A stretch of DNA of 64,000 nt from Candidatus Doudnabacteria bacterium (GCA_041497195.1 JBGQGB010000001.1:279376-343375), one strand, 5' to 3'; numbered from the stretch's first letter, positions 10,088-19,652 are shown. Numbers and translations: made by a program. Notes: generated from the letters alone by a model not told the origin.

Positions 10088-10505
10088 TGCAAAGATATTG
10101 ATTTAATTGTTCAATTGATACAATCAAATCCAAACCTATTGCAAATTAACTTGATAATTACTCATTTTTAATTCTCGCCCTCGGAAAGATGAGGCTGTCC
10201 TTGACTGGGGTTTTTTAGATTATCGACCTAAAATCTAAAATCCATGCCAAGAAAGGCCTTTTCACAAAGGCTCCCAAATTCAAAAAAATATTGATTTCTC
10301 TTCTCGCTTCATCTGTGCTTTATCAGACGGAGGATTGATAGAAACCGTTACAATATTACGCCACAATCAAACCTTTGGCGCAAGTGAAATTAACCTGCAG
10401 TCATTATATGGGGAAACACAAAAACCAGTCAAATAAGCCAAGTTTATTCAGGCGGAGTTTTTCCTCACCCCACATACGACTTTAGCTAGTGTGGACAAAA
10501 TCCAA

Positions 10506-10531
10506 TGAAAAAAGGCTTATGAAAAGCCTTC
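10506..10531 (-). terminator. Terminator downstream of tRNA-Gly
   Basis: aaaaaaggctt-atgaa-aagcctt hairpin with T-run on minus strand. Confidence 0.45.
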
Positions 10532-10642
10532 TATGGCAGCTAGGCTAATTTTCCCCAAAACTTCTGTCGCGCTATAGTCGTCAGCTAGAGCCAAAAATGA
10601 AAATCTGTTTTGGTCCTTCCATACATAATCTGAGATTGCCTC

Positions 10643-10713
10643 AGCGGGTAGGGAGAATCGAACTCCCCGCATCAGCTTGGAAAGCTGAGGTATTACCACT
10701 ATACGATACCCGC
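10643..10713 (-). tRNA. tRNA-Gly (anticodon UCC)
   Basis: Manually folded cloverleaf: acceptor GCGGGTA/TACCCGC, D-arm GTAT-AGTGGTA-ATAC, anticodon stem TCAGC/GCTGA with loop TTTCCAA, T-arm GGGAG-TTCGATT-CTCCC; CCA not encoded. Confidence 0.8.
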
Positions 10714-10769
10714 TCAGGCAATCACAGAATAACGACTGGGCTTGCCTTGGATTTTTTAGGCAAAAATTC

Positions 10770-11135
10770 CTACCGCCAAAACCGCTCTTTTGGCACCCAA
10801 TAATTTCCGTTTTTCAATTTTACCTTGATCCCCTCTGCTTGTAAACGCCTGGCTTGTTCCTGTTTGGGCACACTCAAGTTCTCAATACTAATCATCCCGG
10901 CCGCATTGACCACCCGATGCCAGGGAATCTTAGTCTTGTCTCCTAACCGGCTAAGCGCAATACCCACCAGCCGGGCGGCGCGCGGACTGCCGGCCAGAGC
11001 CGCGATTTGCGAATAACTCGCAACGCGTCCTCTGGGAATTTTTATAACTGCCGAATAGATTTTCTCAAAAAAATTCATTTGCGCGCGCTGTTTGGCTTTA
11101 CTAAAAGCTAGATTTGGTTGTTTTAAAAAAATCAT
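10770..11135 (-). CDS. Alkyltransferase-like protein (ATL; MGMT DNA-binding domain with Trp in place of the active-site Cys)
   Basis: 121 aa; IPRGRVASYSQIA...KIPWHRVVNAAG: canonical PCHRV of O6-alkylguanine transferases reads PWHRV, the hallmark of ATL proteins; start may be the internal Met (MNFFEKI). Confidence 0.65.
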   Translation of the reverse strand: MIFLKQPNLAFSKAKQRAQMNFFEKIYSAVIKIPRGRVASYSQIAALAGSPRAARLVGIALSRLGDKTKIPWHRVVNAAGMISIENLSVPKQEQARRLQAEGIKVKLKNGNYWVPKERFWR

Positions 11136-11184
11136 TTGTTGGACACTTCAAAGCTTAAAGGATCAGGCCAACCCAATCCTAGGG

Positions 11185-11820
11185 TTACTTGACCAACCAC
11201 TCCACCAAACGGCCGGAGACAAAAACTTCCACTACGGCCGCCAGGAAAAAAAAGACGGCCAGCAGCGGCAGTATCTGCAAATTTTCCTTGAGACTTTGCT
11301 TCAGATTCCCCCAAACACTTTGGGAGCGATCAGGCTTGAACCAAAAGGAGCCCAATTTCAGACCAAAAGCCGCAGCGATCAAAAACGCCGGCAACTCAAT
11401 GATGCCGTGCGGAAAAATCGACAGGAAAAATATCCCGACCCGCCCAATAGTACCGGTACCGATAAACGCGGCCGCCAGAAATCCGACAATGAAAAAATTG
11501 AGGCTGAGGCTCAGCAGCGGCAGCAGTCCGAAAAAAATGCCCAGAAACATTATCAAGCTTCCCACAGTGAGATTGTTCTCGAAAATCCGCAGAGTGGTGG
11601 GAAAATCGAGACTGAAGCTACTGCTGCCTAAGATGTTCTGGAAAATCCCTTCCAAAAACTCCAAAAACTTCGGCAACAGACCTGGGTCAACCGCATAAGT
11701 AAAAATGCCGATGCCTGCAGACAACAAGGCCCAAGCTGCCGCGCGTTTGAGCCAGATCGCATTTTGGTTCAATAATTTTTGGTAGAAATACCAGAGGACC
11801 ATCATAAAGAGGCCAAGCAA
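11185..11820 (-). CDS. Polytopic membrane protein (possibly DUF95/SpoIIM-like)
   Basis: 211 aa, 5-6 predicted TM helices; family label is a weak guess. Confidence 0.35.
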   Translation of the reverse strand: MLGLFMMVLWYFYQKLLNQNAIWLKRAAAWALLSAGIGIFTYAVDPGLLPKFLEFLEGIFQNILGSSSFSLDFPTTLRIFENNLTVGSLIMFLGIFFGLLPLLSLSLNFFIVGFLAAAFIGTGTIGRVGIFFLSIFPHGIIELPAFLIAAAFGLKLGSFWFKPDRSQSVWGNLKQSLKENLQILPLLAVFFFLAAVVEVFVSGRLVEWLVK

Positions 11821-11902
11821 AACCCCATTTGGAAAATGGGGTTCTCACTCATAAACTGCGATGAAACAATCACTCGCATCCGCTCAGTTGACGAAAAAAC
11901 AT

Positions 11903-12568
11903 TTAGCCGCTGGCACAAACCCCGTTGACGCAAGTATCGGGGAAAATGCAATCAAGATTAGTCGTGCAAACCGGCAGAGGCGGTGCCCCGGTATTGCCGC
12001 AACTCCCCTGACCAGTCCCAGCCACACAAGTGCAAGAAGCGGATGAGGCAATCGTGACATTGCACACAAGTCCAGTGGCGCAGCTCCCTGCTGCTGGTGT
12101 GCAAGCTGCCCCCGCGCCGCCCCCGCCGCCGGGACTAGTACTGGTCGCGGTGCTGACTGGCTGAGCCGGAATCGGAGGTATCGGCAAATCCGAAAACGAG
12201 GTCAGGTCAGGATTGATGAGAAAAAGCAAAATGAACGCCACAAAAATAATAATCAGTCCGATAAACGCGCTGGTGAAAGAATCTTTGGCGTTTTCGACTT
12301 GCTGGGAATTGCCCTGGGCGGTCATATACCGGTACCCGGCCAGGACAATCATCAAAAGCGCCAAAAGCGCGCCCAGGCCCAGAGAAAGGGTGTAGATGCC
12401 TTTGATACAGGCGGCTAAACTAGCAGTACCGGTCGTACTAGCCGAACAAGCGGTAATAAAACCAGTGGGTGTCAAGGTGACAGCAGCCGCGACCGTTGGG
12501 TGGAGGGACAAGATTCCAACAACAATCAACAGTAAAATAGCACTGAAATACGACTTTTTGTTTCGCAT
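11903..12568 (-). CDS. Secreted 2-TM membrane protein with Gly-rich spacer and Cys-rich (8 Cys) C-terminal tail; VirB2/TrbC pilin-like topology
   Basis: Start placed at internal Met (MRNKKSYFSAILLLIVVGILSL... signal-like); two hydrophobic helices; GGGGGAGAAC...CTCVAGTGQGSCGNTG...CTTNLDCIFPDTCVNGVCASG tail; ORF-track version extends to 12655. Confidence 0.4.
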   Translation of the reverse strand: MRNKKSYFSAILLLIVVGILSLHPTVAAAVTLTPTGFITACSASTTGTASLAACIKGIYTLSLGLGALLALLMIVLAGYRYMTAQGNSQQVENAKDSFTSAFIGLIIIFVAFILLFLINPDLTSFSDLPIPPIPAQPVSTATSTSPGGGGGAGAACTPAAGSCATGLVCNVTIASSASCTCVAGTGQGSCGNTGAPPLPVCTTNLDCIFPDTCVNGVCASG

Positions 12569-12815
12569 AATCTCGGTTTTGCTTGGGCTGAATTCGGACG
12601 TGTTCAGTATAGTATATTTCCGCTGTTCTAGCCAAACCTGCGACTTCCCTATCAACCGGGGCCAAACTCCGGAAAAAATTCATATCCTAACTGGTCGGGC
12701 TGTCCTTCGACTTCGCTCAGGACTAGCCAATACTTGCAGATATAACCGCCAATTTTGACTACGCTCTGCGGTGAGCTTTTGGCTTCGACCGGGGTCAACT
12801 GAAGTCTCGAGTTAT

Positions 12816-12889
12816 TGGTCGGGCTGCTGGGAATTGAACCCAGTCTACCTGCTCCCAAAGCAGGCGTACTACCGGTATACGACAGCCCG
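12816..12889 (-). tRNA. tRNA-Pro (anticodon UGG), CCA encoded
   Basis: Acceptor CGGGCTG/CAGCCCG, anticodon stem CCTGC/GCAGG loop TTTGGGA, T-arm CTGGG-TTCAATT-CCCAG, 3' ACCA; overlaps and invalidates ORF 12652..12960. Confidence 0.8.
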
Positions 12890-13001
12890 AGGAAACTCAA
12901 CAAGCAGAAATTAAAACTCCTAAACCATTCCTGCAAAAAGCGATAAACCCCCAAGTTCATGGGGGTTTATCGAAAAAGTCATTGCAAAATTCACTGCAAG
13001 A

Positions 13002-13283
13002 TTATGAGCCGCGGACTGCATCCTTGAGGCCTTTGCCAGCTTTGAACTTCGGCACCTTGGTGGCTGCAATCTGGATTTTCTGGGTTGGGTTCTGCGGGTT
13101 CACGCCAGTTCTGGCGGCCCGGTTGGACACTGAAAAACTGCCGAAACCGGTGAGGGTGACCTCACCGCCCTTTTTGAGCTCTTCGGTGACAATATCAATC
13201 ACAGCGCCGACAATCTTTTCGGCTTCGGCTTTGCCCATTGCCGTCTTGGTTGCGACTGTTTCTATAAGTTCCATTTTATTCAT
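13002..13283 (-). CDS. hup: HU-family DNA-binding protein
   Basis: 93 aa; MNKMELIETVA...LTGFGSFSVSNRAARTGVNPQNPTQKIQIAATKVPKFKAGK classic HU signature. Confidence 0.9.
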   Translation of the reverse strand: MNKMELIETVATKTAMGKAEAEKIVGAVIDIVTEELKKGGEVTLTGFGSFSVSNRAARTGVNPQNPTQKIQIAATKVPKFKAGKGLKDAVRGS

Positions 13284-13444
13284 GTAGCTATCCTTTCTTT
13301 TTGAATTAATACTTATTTTGGCTTAATTATAGCATTTTCCTTTTCGCTGGCAAGTATTTTGGCTTTTTTATGAGCAAAAACCTGCCGGAGGGGGCTGGTT
13401 AACGTATAAAAAGCGCTAAGGTAAGGCAAAAAAATACTGGGGCC

Positions 13445-13915
13445 CTAAGTTGCCTGGATTGGGGCATTTTCCGAATTGGGGCTTTCTTTTGCGACTTTTC
13501 CGGCTTCTTCCATTTGCCGGTAAAGAGTGCCCAAAACCCCGTTGACAAACTTGCCGGAAGACTCGCCGCCAAAAGTTTTACCCAATTCCACCGCCTCGTT
13601 GATCGCCACCTTCGGGGGCACTTCTTTGCTGAATTGCATTTCGCAAATCCCGATGCGTAAAATATTCCGATCAGTCACGGTGATCTGATCCAGGGGCCAC
13701 TCCGGCGCGGTTTTCTCTATGAGCGCATCGATTTCTACTTGGTTTTGCTTGACCCCATTGACCAAATCATAGATAAATTTCGGATCGCCGATACCGGGGG
13801 CGAAATTGGCGATATTGCGCTCCGTAATTTTTTCGAGGTCTCCCCTGCCGCCGTTAAAGTCCCATTCGTATAGGGACTGCATGGCAACGGTTCGGCTGAG
13901 GTGACGATTAGCCAT
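13445..13915 (-). CDS. nusB: Transcription antitermination factor NusB
   Basis: 156 aa; N-terminal [13 protein letters not shown] and helical NusB-like pattern; adjacent to rpmF. Confidence 0.7.
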   Translation of the reverse strand: MANRHLSRTVAMQSLYEWDFNGGRGDLEKITERNIANFAPGIGDPKFIYDLVNGVKQNQVEIDALIEKTAPEWPLDQITVTDRNILRIGICEMQFSKEVPPKVAINEAVELGKTFGGESSGKFVNGVLGTLYRQMEEAGKVAKESPNSENAPIQAT

Positions 13916-13916
13916 G

Positions 13917-14114
13917 TTATTTCGCGGCCTTCGCGGCTACCGCGGTGCCAATGACTGGCCGGCCGCGGTAGTAGCCGCAGGTCGGGCAGACGTCATGCGG
14001 CCGCACCGGACTGCCGCAATTTTTGCATTTGGCCAACTGAATTTTGGCAAGACTGTGATGCGACCGGCGCTGATTGCGTTCGCTCTTGGTTTTGCGTTGT
14101 CTGGGGACGCCCAT
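13917..14114 (-). CDS. rpmF: 50S ribosomal protein L32
   Basis: Start at internal Met: [49 protein letters not shown] matches L32 (MAVPKRRTSKS...CxxCG...H.VCxxCGYY). Confidence 0.85.
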   Translation of the reverse strand: MGVPRQRKTKSERNQRRSHHSLAKIQLAKCKNCGSPVRPHDVCPTCGYYRGRPVIGTAVAAKAAK

Positions 14115-14164
14115 ATTTAGGATGAAAAAATCTAATGATACTTCGTGTATTATATCCAAAAGCC

Positions 14165-14200
14165 AAAAAAAAGCAAGCCGGCAAAGGCTTACTTTTTTTG
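14165..14200 (-). terminator. Bidirectional hairpin terminator
   Basis: aaaaaaaagcaagccggcaaaggcttactttttttg: stem flanked by A-run and T-run. Confidence 0.45.
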
Positions 14201-14398
14201 TTTACCACTTCAGCTGCCAAGGAACCTCGTACAGGAGAATCCCGAAATTGCTTTCGGGAAACGAGTAATGAATTACCTTAGCGGACAGTTCTTGCGAACG
14301 ATTACGCTGGGATAATCTATCCTTGACAGCTGAAGTGGGGGAACCGAAAGACAGTGTTGAGCTGTACATATCGGTTCCCGATTGGGGTGCTGAGGGGG

Positions 14399-14848
14399 TC
14401 AGGAGTGAAAAAAACTCGATTTGCCGTGGCTGGGAGTCAGCTCCTCGAGTCGCCGCGCAACGAGGCGGGCGTTCCGGCGGGCGGGAGAAAAATATCGAAT
14501 TACGTCAACCACCACGCCAACGACCCCTCCCACCAGAACTGCGAGCAATAGCGAGCGCCCCGGCCCGTGCGGCCACTGGCGACGAAACACCAACTCACCG
14601 ATTGCATAGAGCAGTGGAACCGCCAGGGTAAACGCGAACCCGCGGATCAGAGTTTTGAGATACGTGCCGAACATCCGGACAAAATCAATGGCAAGGCCGA
14701 TTACAGCGCCGGCCGCAGCCATCAGGCAGAGCCTTACCCATTTTTCCGCTCCCTGGCCAAAATCGCCAAAGAGTCCGACGGCCGCGAAGCACACCGGCAA
14801 TAAAATCGCAAAGGTTAAAACCTTCATGACTTCCCTCAGTTTGAGCAT
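14399..14848 (-). CDS. Hypothetical small membrane protein (4 TM)
   Basis: Start at internal Met MLKLREVMKVLTF..., preceded by AAGGAGG 7 nt upstream; hydrophobic helices throughout. Confidence 0.55.
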   Translation of the reverse strand: MLKLREVMKVLTFAILLPVCFAAVGLFGDFGQGAEKWVRLCLMAAAGAVIGLAIDFVRMFGTYLKTLIRGFAFTLAVPLLYAIGELVFRRQWPHGPGRSLLLAVLVGGVVGVVVDVIRYFSPARRNARLVARRLEELTPSHGKSSFFHS

Positions 14849-14880
14849 TTGATCTCCTCCTTGGAGATTGTGACAACATA

Positions 14881-15039
14881 GGAACCTTATCATTCTAGGT
14901 TCCCACCATTCTGGGTGCAATCCCTCCGGAAGATATGGGCGCTAATAAAAAATATTAACCCTCTCCGGTAAGGTACTTTGATTAGCACCCAGAATGGTGG
15001 GGGCAAGGACGTCGCTCATTTTTGAGTGATGTCCTTGCC
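14881..15039 (-). repeat. Stem-loop-rich intercistronic spacer: 17-bp perfect inverted repeat (14902-14918 / 14985-15001) flanked by two further strong hairpins
   Basis: cccaccattctgggtgc ... gcacccagaatggtggg; ggaacc-N11-ggttcc (14881-14903); ggcaaggac-N20-gtccttgcc (15002-15039) enclosing the stop codon of ORF 15016..15276. Confidence 0.6.
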
Positions 15040-15276
15040 GGTAAAAAGTGAACGTTGACGCGGACCCCGCCTGGCAATACTTTCCCAGATGTGATTCTCT
15101 TTATCCGGAGCTCCTTTGAGCTCCTCAAAAAATTGAATCGCATCTGCCGGGCTGAGCTGCGCTGGAAAAAAAAGAAGTGCAAGCTGGCATCTAACGGACA
15201 ACTCCTTTTCCCTATTCTTTCTCAATGAAGCCTCCTTCATGTTCCGAACTCCGAAATTCACAAATCTAAGATTCAC
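15016..15276 (-). CDS. Hypothetical small protein (weak)
   Basis: 86-aa ORF; internal ATG followed by AAGGAGG; lies between putative rnpB and the IR spacer in a GC-elevated region; coding status uncertain. Confidence 0.25.
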   Translation of the reverse strand: MNLRFVNFGVRNMKEASLRKNREKELSVRCQLALLFFPAQLSPADAIQFFEELKGAPDKENHIWESIARRGPRQRSLFTGKDITQK

Positions 15277-15324
15277 AAACTCTGGAGTGCGGGCGGGAGA
15301 TGAGAAAAAATTTCTTTCACTCCC

Positions 15325-15895
15325 GCCTTATAAATTCTACCCTGAATCGTCCGGGTTATGAAGTATGAGCGGACGATTCTCTCAGTATCATTCACTGAGC
15401 CGCTAGGATTTTAGCGGATCAAGAAATCACATCACGAAGGGCCTGGCATCACCTCGCAGGAAACGCCCATAATTCCTGTGGTATTGTGCCGAAGTCGTGC
15501 CCATCGACGCCCAATCGCGAACCATTCTCTTCAGGGGATCGCGGGATCGCGGGATCGGGCTTGTCCGTGCTCTCCCGCTTGCCAGGAAAAATTTGACGAG
15601 GCGAGGGGCCTGCCGACGTTGCTCGCTCTCTTCGAGGTTGGAAAAAAAGGTAGTCAGCAGCTCCATTGCCTGGGGATTGAAGCTTGCTGGATCGAGGTTG
15701 AGGTTACCGCGCGAGGTATGAATCTTGCGCGGACGTGTGCTTTGCGCATTCCACCGATTGTAACTCGAAATGCTCACCATCAGGACCCCCTTAGTCAATT
15801 TGACTCCATGGCCCGAACTTCCGAAAACAATCCTGGGTACTACACAATTGACTGGATGCAAGGATGAGAGTCTATAGGTTTGAAGGCCAAAAAAT
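15325..15895 (-). ncRNA. rnpB: RNase P RNA (bacterial type) with a large (~200 nt) expansion between the P11/P12 region and P18
   Basis: Minus-strand motifs in canonical order: GGAAGUUCGGGCCAUGGAG (vs P4 GGAAAGUCCGGGCUCCAUAG), GUCCGCGCAAG (P9-like), GGUAACCUCAACC...AGCAAGC (vs GGUAAACUCCACC...AGCAAGG), AUAACCCGGAC (vs ACAGAACCCGGCUUA P4 3' strand); GC-rich; ends approximate. Confidence 0.6.
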
Positions 15896-16239
15896 AAATT
15901 TAAGTGCCTCTCCTGTTATAGGCTCTCAACTCTGCATCCTGGTAGCAGCCAAAATTGTTTCCGGAAGTTATATGGGTCATCCTCCTTCGCTAAAGCCATG
16001 GAAGGATGCCGCTTCGCGGCAAAAAACAAAGACCCACAAGAAATTTTGGAAAGAACAAGTTTATCAAAACTCTGCGGGTCTTGGTTCTGACAGCAAAAAT
16101 CTCCTGTAAACCTTTGCCATCAAGAAATATGCAATTTTTCAAAGAAATCCATTACAACCAATAACCACACAGACTAGCAAAAAAGAGCCTTTTTGTCAAG
16201 ACTCTCGTGAACAATTTGGTCAAATTAAAAACCGCCCTT

Positions 16240-17430
16240 TCAGGCGATTTTGGCCAATTTCTTGATTTCTTTGACTTTATCCAGCCGCTCCCAGGGAAGA
16301 TTCAAATCATTGCGGCCGAAATGCCCGTAGGCGGCGACTTGGCGATAAATCGGGCGGCGCAAATTGAGATTTTTGATAATCATGCCCGGCCTCAGATCAA
16401 ACACTTGATTGATGATTCCAACAATTGCGTCCTCGGCAATTTTGCCAGTCCCGTAAGTATCCACGCGCACGGACAGAGGCTCAGGCACGCCAATGGCGTA
16501 GGCAATCTGCACTTCCAACCGTTTCGCCACCCCGGCGGCGACCAAATTTTTCGCCACATACCGGGCCATGTAGCTGCCGGAGCGGTCGACCTTGGATGGA
16601 TCTTTACCGGAAAAACAGCCGCCGCCGTGCCGGCCCCAGCCGCCGTACGTGTCGACGATAATTTTCCGGCCAGTCAATCCGGTATCTGCTTGGGGGCCGC
16701 CTCTGACGAACCGGCCCGTGGAATTGACCAGGATTTTTGTGTTTTTGTCCAGCAAGTTTTTGGGTATGACTTTTTGGATGACGTGCTTGATGATTTCACT
16801 CTTCAGTCTATCCGGATCAATCTCGGGATCGTGCTGGGCCGCGATCAAGACGGTGTGGACTCGTTTCGGCCTGTCCCCATTGTACTCGACTGTGACTTGA
16901 GATTTTCCGTCCGGGCGGAGACCTTTGACAGTACCGGTCTTGCGGGCAAGTGCTAGGCGGTGGACGAGCTTGTGCGCCAGGATAATCGGCAGCGGCATGT
17001 ATTCTTTGGTCTCATTAGTAGCATAACCAAACATCAAACCCTGGTCGCCAGCACCAAGTTTACTCAAATCCTCTTTGATAATCTCCCCGCCTTTGCTTTT
17101 CTCGTAGGAATCCACCCCGCGGGCAATGTCTCCAGATTGTTCCTGAATCGCTACCATCACGCCCGAAGTTTCCCATTGAAACCCATACTCGGCATTGGTG
17201 TAGCCGATGTCTTTGACCACCTGCCGCACGATTTTCGGGATATCAACATAAGTTTTGGTGGTAATCTCCCCGGCCACCACGCAAATCCCGTTGGTCACCA
17301 GCGCCTCCACGGCCACGCGGCCGCGCGGGTCGGCTGTGAGGACTGCATCCAAAATCGCGTCGGAAATTTGATCGCAGACCTTATCCGGATGTCCCTCCGT
17401 CACTGACTCGGAAGTAAAAAGTTTTTTCAT
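16240..17430 (-). CDS. metK: S-adenosylmethionine synthetase
   Basis: [24 protein letters not shown]..., GGGAFSGKD-like and [16 protein letters not shown] motifs; start set at conserved MKKLF (ORF-track start 17469 overlaps the groEL terminator stem). Confidence 0.9.
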   Translation of the reverse strand: MKKLFTSESVTEGHPDKVCDQISDAILDAVLTADPRGRVAVEALVTNGICVVAGEITTKTYVDIPKIVRQVVKDIGYTNAEYGFQWETSGVMVAIQEQSGDIARGVDSYEKSKGGEIIKEDLSKLGAGDQGLMFGYATNETKEYMPLPIILAHKLVHRLALARKTGTVKGLRPDGKSQVTVEYNGDRPKRVHTVLIAAQHDPEIDPDRLKSEIIKHVIQKVIPKNLLDKNTKILVNSTGRFVRGGPQADTGLTGRKIIVDTYGGWGRHGGGCFSGKDPSKVDRSGSYMARYVAKNLVAAGVAKRLEVQIAYAIGVPEPLSVRVDTYGTGKIAEDAIVGIINQVFDLRPGMIIKNLNLRRPIYRQVAAYGHFGRNDLNLPWERLDKVKEIKKLAKIA

Positions 17431-17465
17431 AAACCTAATGATATCAGGAGCCCCCTGAGATGTAA

Positions 17466-17490
17466 ACAACCCCCTTGACCGGGGGCTGTT
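17466..17490 (-). terminator. Terminator after groEL
   Basis: cccccggtcaaggggg stem followed by T-rich tract on minus strand. Confidence 0.5.
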
Positions 17491-17519
17491 TTGAATTCGT
17501 ACTTTTGAATTGGAAAATT

Positions 17520-19172
17520 TTAGTAGTCCACTGGGGGCATACCGCCACCGCCGGTTTCTTTCTTGTCTTCAGGCAGATCGACAATCACCGCCTCAGTAGT
17601 GAGAAGCGTGCCAGCCACTGACGCCGCGTTTTCCAGAGCCAAACGGGCCACCTTCAACGGGTCAATAATTCCCGCGCCAAACATATCCACCATCTCCTGT
17701 TTACGGCCCAGAACTTGGGAAAAATCAAAGCCGCGCGGTCCGGAGTCGTTTTTGACTTGTTCCACCAGGGACCGCGGATCCTCTATCCCGGCATTTTGCG
17801 CCATCACTGTCATCGGCGCTAGGAGAGCTTTGCGGACGATCTCGTAAGCAGCTTTGTCTTCTCCCTCCAGATGCTCTAGCTTTTCCTCCAAAACGTTCAC
17901 AGCTTTGACCAAAGCCGCGCCCCCGCCCGGAATAATCCCTTCTTCCACAGCCGCGCGCGTCGCACTGAGGGCGTCTTCGATCTTGGATTTACGATTCTTC
18001 ATTTCCGTCTCGGTCGGCGCGCCGACTTTGATGACGCCGACGCCACCCGCTAATTTCGCCAGCCGCTCTTGCAGCTTTTCCTTGTCAAACTCCGAAGTCG
18101 TCACTTCGAGCTCTTTGCGGATTTGCGCGATCCGAGCGGCAATCGCCTGCTTGTCGCCATTGCCTTGGACAATGGTGGTATGTTCCTTGGTGGCAATGAT
18201 TTTGCGGGCGCGGCCCAAATGCTCCGCCTTGGCACTCTCCAGCTTCAGCCCCAAATCCTGAGAAACGACCTGACCGCCGGTGAGAGTGGCAATATCCTGC
18301 AAGAGATCCTTGCGCCGGTCGCCAAACCCGGGCGCTTTGACGGCCAGGACGTTGAAGGTACCGCGAATTTTATTGACGATGAAAGTGGCGAGCGCTTCAC
18401 CCTCGATCTCGTCCGCGATGACGACCAAGTCCTTCTTGCCGCTTTGGGCCAGACTCTCCAGCAAGGGTAAAATCTCCGAAACCGAAGAAATTTTCTGATC
18501 TGTGACCAAAATCGCCGGATCTTCCCAAACCGCTTCCATGCGGTCGGGATTCGTAATCATATAATGCGACACAAAACCCTTGTCGAAACGCATGCCTTTC
18601 ACAACTTCTTTTTCGATCCCGATGGTCTGCCCTTCTTCGACGGTAATGACGCCATCGTGGCCGACCTCGTGGATGGCTTCGGAAATGAGTTTGCCGACCT
18701 CGGGATCCAGCGAAGCAATGGTGGCGACCTGGGCGACTTCGTCCCGGGTCTTGATGTCTTTTTTCATGCGCTTGAGCGCCCCGACCACGTCTTTGACTGC
18801 TTCCCCGATGGCATGCCGTAACCGCACCGGATTGTGATTGGCTCGACTGTCAGTGAGCATCCGCATCCCCTCATCAATCATGCTTTGAGCCAGCACGGTG
18901 GCAGTAGTGGTGCCATCGCCAGCTTCGTCGTTGGTCTTGTTGGCCACTTCCTGAATGAGGGAAGCGCCGACGTTTTCAAATTTATTTTTGAGTTCAAATT
19001 CTTTCGCCACGGTGACGCCGTCATCAGTGATGATCGGCGAACCGAAACCGCGGTCAATCACCACAGCGCGGCCTTTGGGACCGAGGGTGACTTTGACTGC
19101 GGCGGCGATTTTGTCGACACCAGCCTGGATGGCTGCCCGCGCTTCGGCGCTATATTTGATATCTTTGGCCAT
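17520..19172 (-). CDS. groL: Chaperonin GroEL
   Basis: 550 aa; [12 protein letters not shown]...[11 protein letters not shown]..., C-terminal GGGGMPP. Confidence 0.95.
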   Translation of the reverse strand: MAKDIKYSAEARAAIQAGVDKIAAAVKVTLGPKGRAVVIDRGFGSPIITDDGVTVAKEFELKNKFENVGASLIQEVANKTNDEAGDGTTTATVLAQSMIDEGMRMLTDSRANHNPVRLRHAIGEAVKDVVGALKRMKKDIKTRDEVAQVATIASLDPEVGKLISEAIHEVGHDGVITVEEGQTIGIEKEVVKGMRFDKGFVSHYMITNPDRMEAVWEDPAILVTDQKISSVSEILPLLESLAQSGKKDLVVIADEIEGEALATFIVNKIRGTFNVLAVKAPGFGDRRKDLLQDIATLTGGQVVSQDLGLKLESAKAEHLGRARKIIATKEHTTIVQGNGDKQAIAARIAQIRKELEVTTSEFDKEKLQERLAKLAGGVGVIKVGAPTETEMKNRKSKIEDALSATRAAVEEGIIPGGGAALVKAVNVLEEKLEHLEGEDKAAYEIVRKALLAPMTVMAQNAGIEDPRSLVEQVKNDSGPRGFDFSQVLGRKQEMVDMFGAGIIDPLKVARLALENAASVAGTLLTTEAVIVDLPEDKKETGGGGMPPVDY

Positions 19173-19194
19173 GATAAACTCCTCTGCTGATTAA

Positions 19195-19473
19195 TTATTT
19201 CTCGACAATCCCCAGGACATCTTCATCCTTGAGGAATTTGTATTGAACTTTGTCAATTTCGATTTCTTCCCCGCCGTATTTGCCAAACACTACGGTCTGG
19301 CCGACTTTCAGATGGAGCTTTTTAATCTTATCACCCGCCCCCAGGGCGATGACTTCACCCTGCTCTTTTTGCTCTTTCTCCGCGCTCTCCGGCAAGACAA
19401 TCCCGGATTTGGTGACTTCTTCGCCGACGTATGGTTTGACCAGAATGCGGTCTCCCAATGGTTTGATTTTCAT
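19195..19473 (-). CDS. groS: Co-chaperonin GroES
   Basis: 92 aa; MKIKPLGDRILVKP... Confidence 0.95.
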   Translation of the reverse strand: MKIKPLGDRILVKPYVGEEVTKSGIVLPESAEKEQKEQGEVIALGAGDKIKKLHLKVGQTVVFGKYGGEEIEIDKVQYKFLKDEDVLGIVEK

Positions 19474-19652
19474 AGGTTTCTCTTTGAAAAAATTAAGAAT
19501 AATTTTTTGGTTTACCCTGCTCCAATCCTAACTATGAATATGCTATGTACCAGTCGTAGCGGCAGCGATGTCCGCGCTTCGCGCTAATTTTACTCAAGCA
19601 AAACGTAACTGGGATTGGGGCGGGGTGAAAAAAAGCACCCAAACGCTTCAGT

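Noticed and set aside
12652-12960. 102-aa minus-strand ORF
   Set aside because: Completely overlaps a well-formed tRNA-Pro(UGG) on the same strand; the ORF is a translation of the tRNA and flanks.
15427-15867. Overlapping 144-aa (-) and 129-aa (+) ORFs
   Set aside because: They lie within the interval carrying RNase P RNA hallmark motifs. Arg/Gly/Pro-rich composition and opposite-strand overlap are typical of spurious ORFs in GC-rich structured RNA.
16207-17406. Plus-strand ORFs of 249 and 148 aa
   Set aside because: Antisense to metK; no motifs; composition typical of shadow ORFs.
17431-17469. Longer metK start at 17469
   Set aside because: It would add 13 non-conserved residues and place the start inside the groEL terminator stem. 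The conserved MKKLFTSES start is preferred, though the upstream ATG has the better SD.
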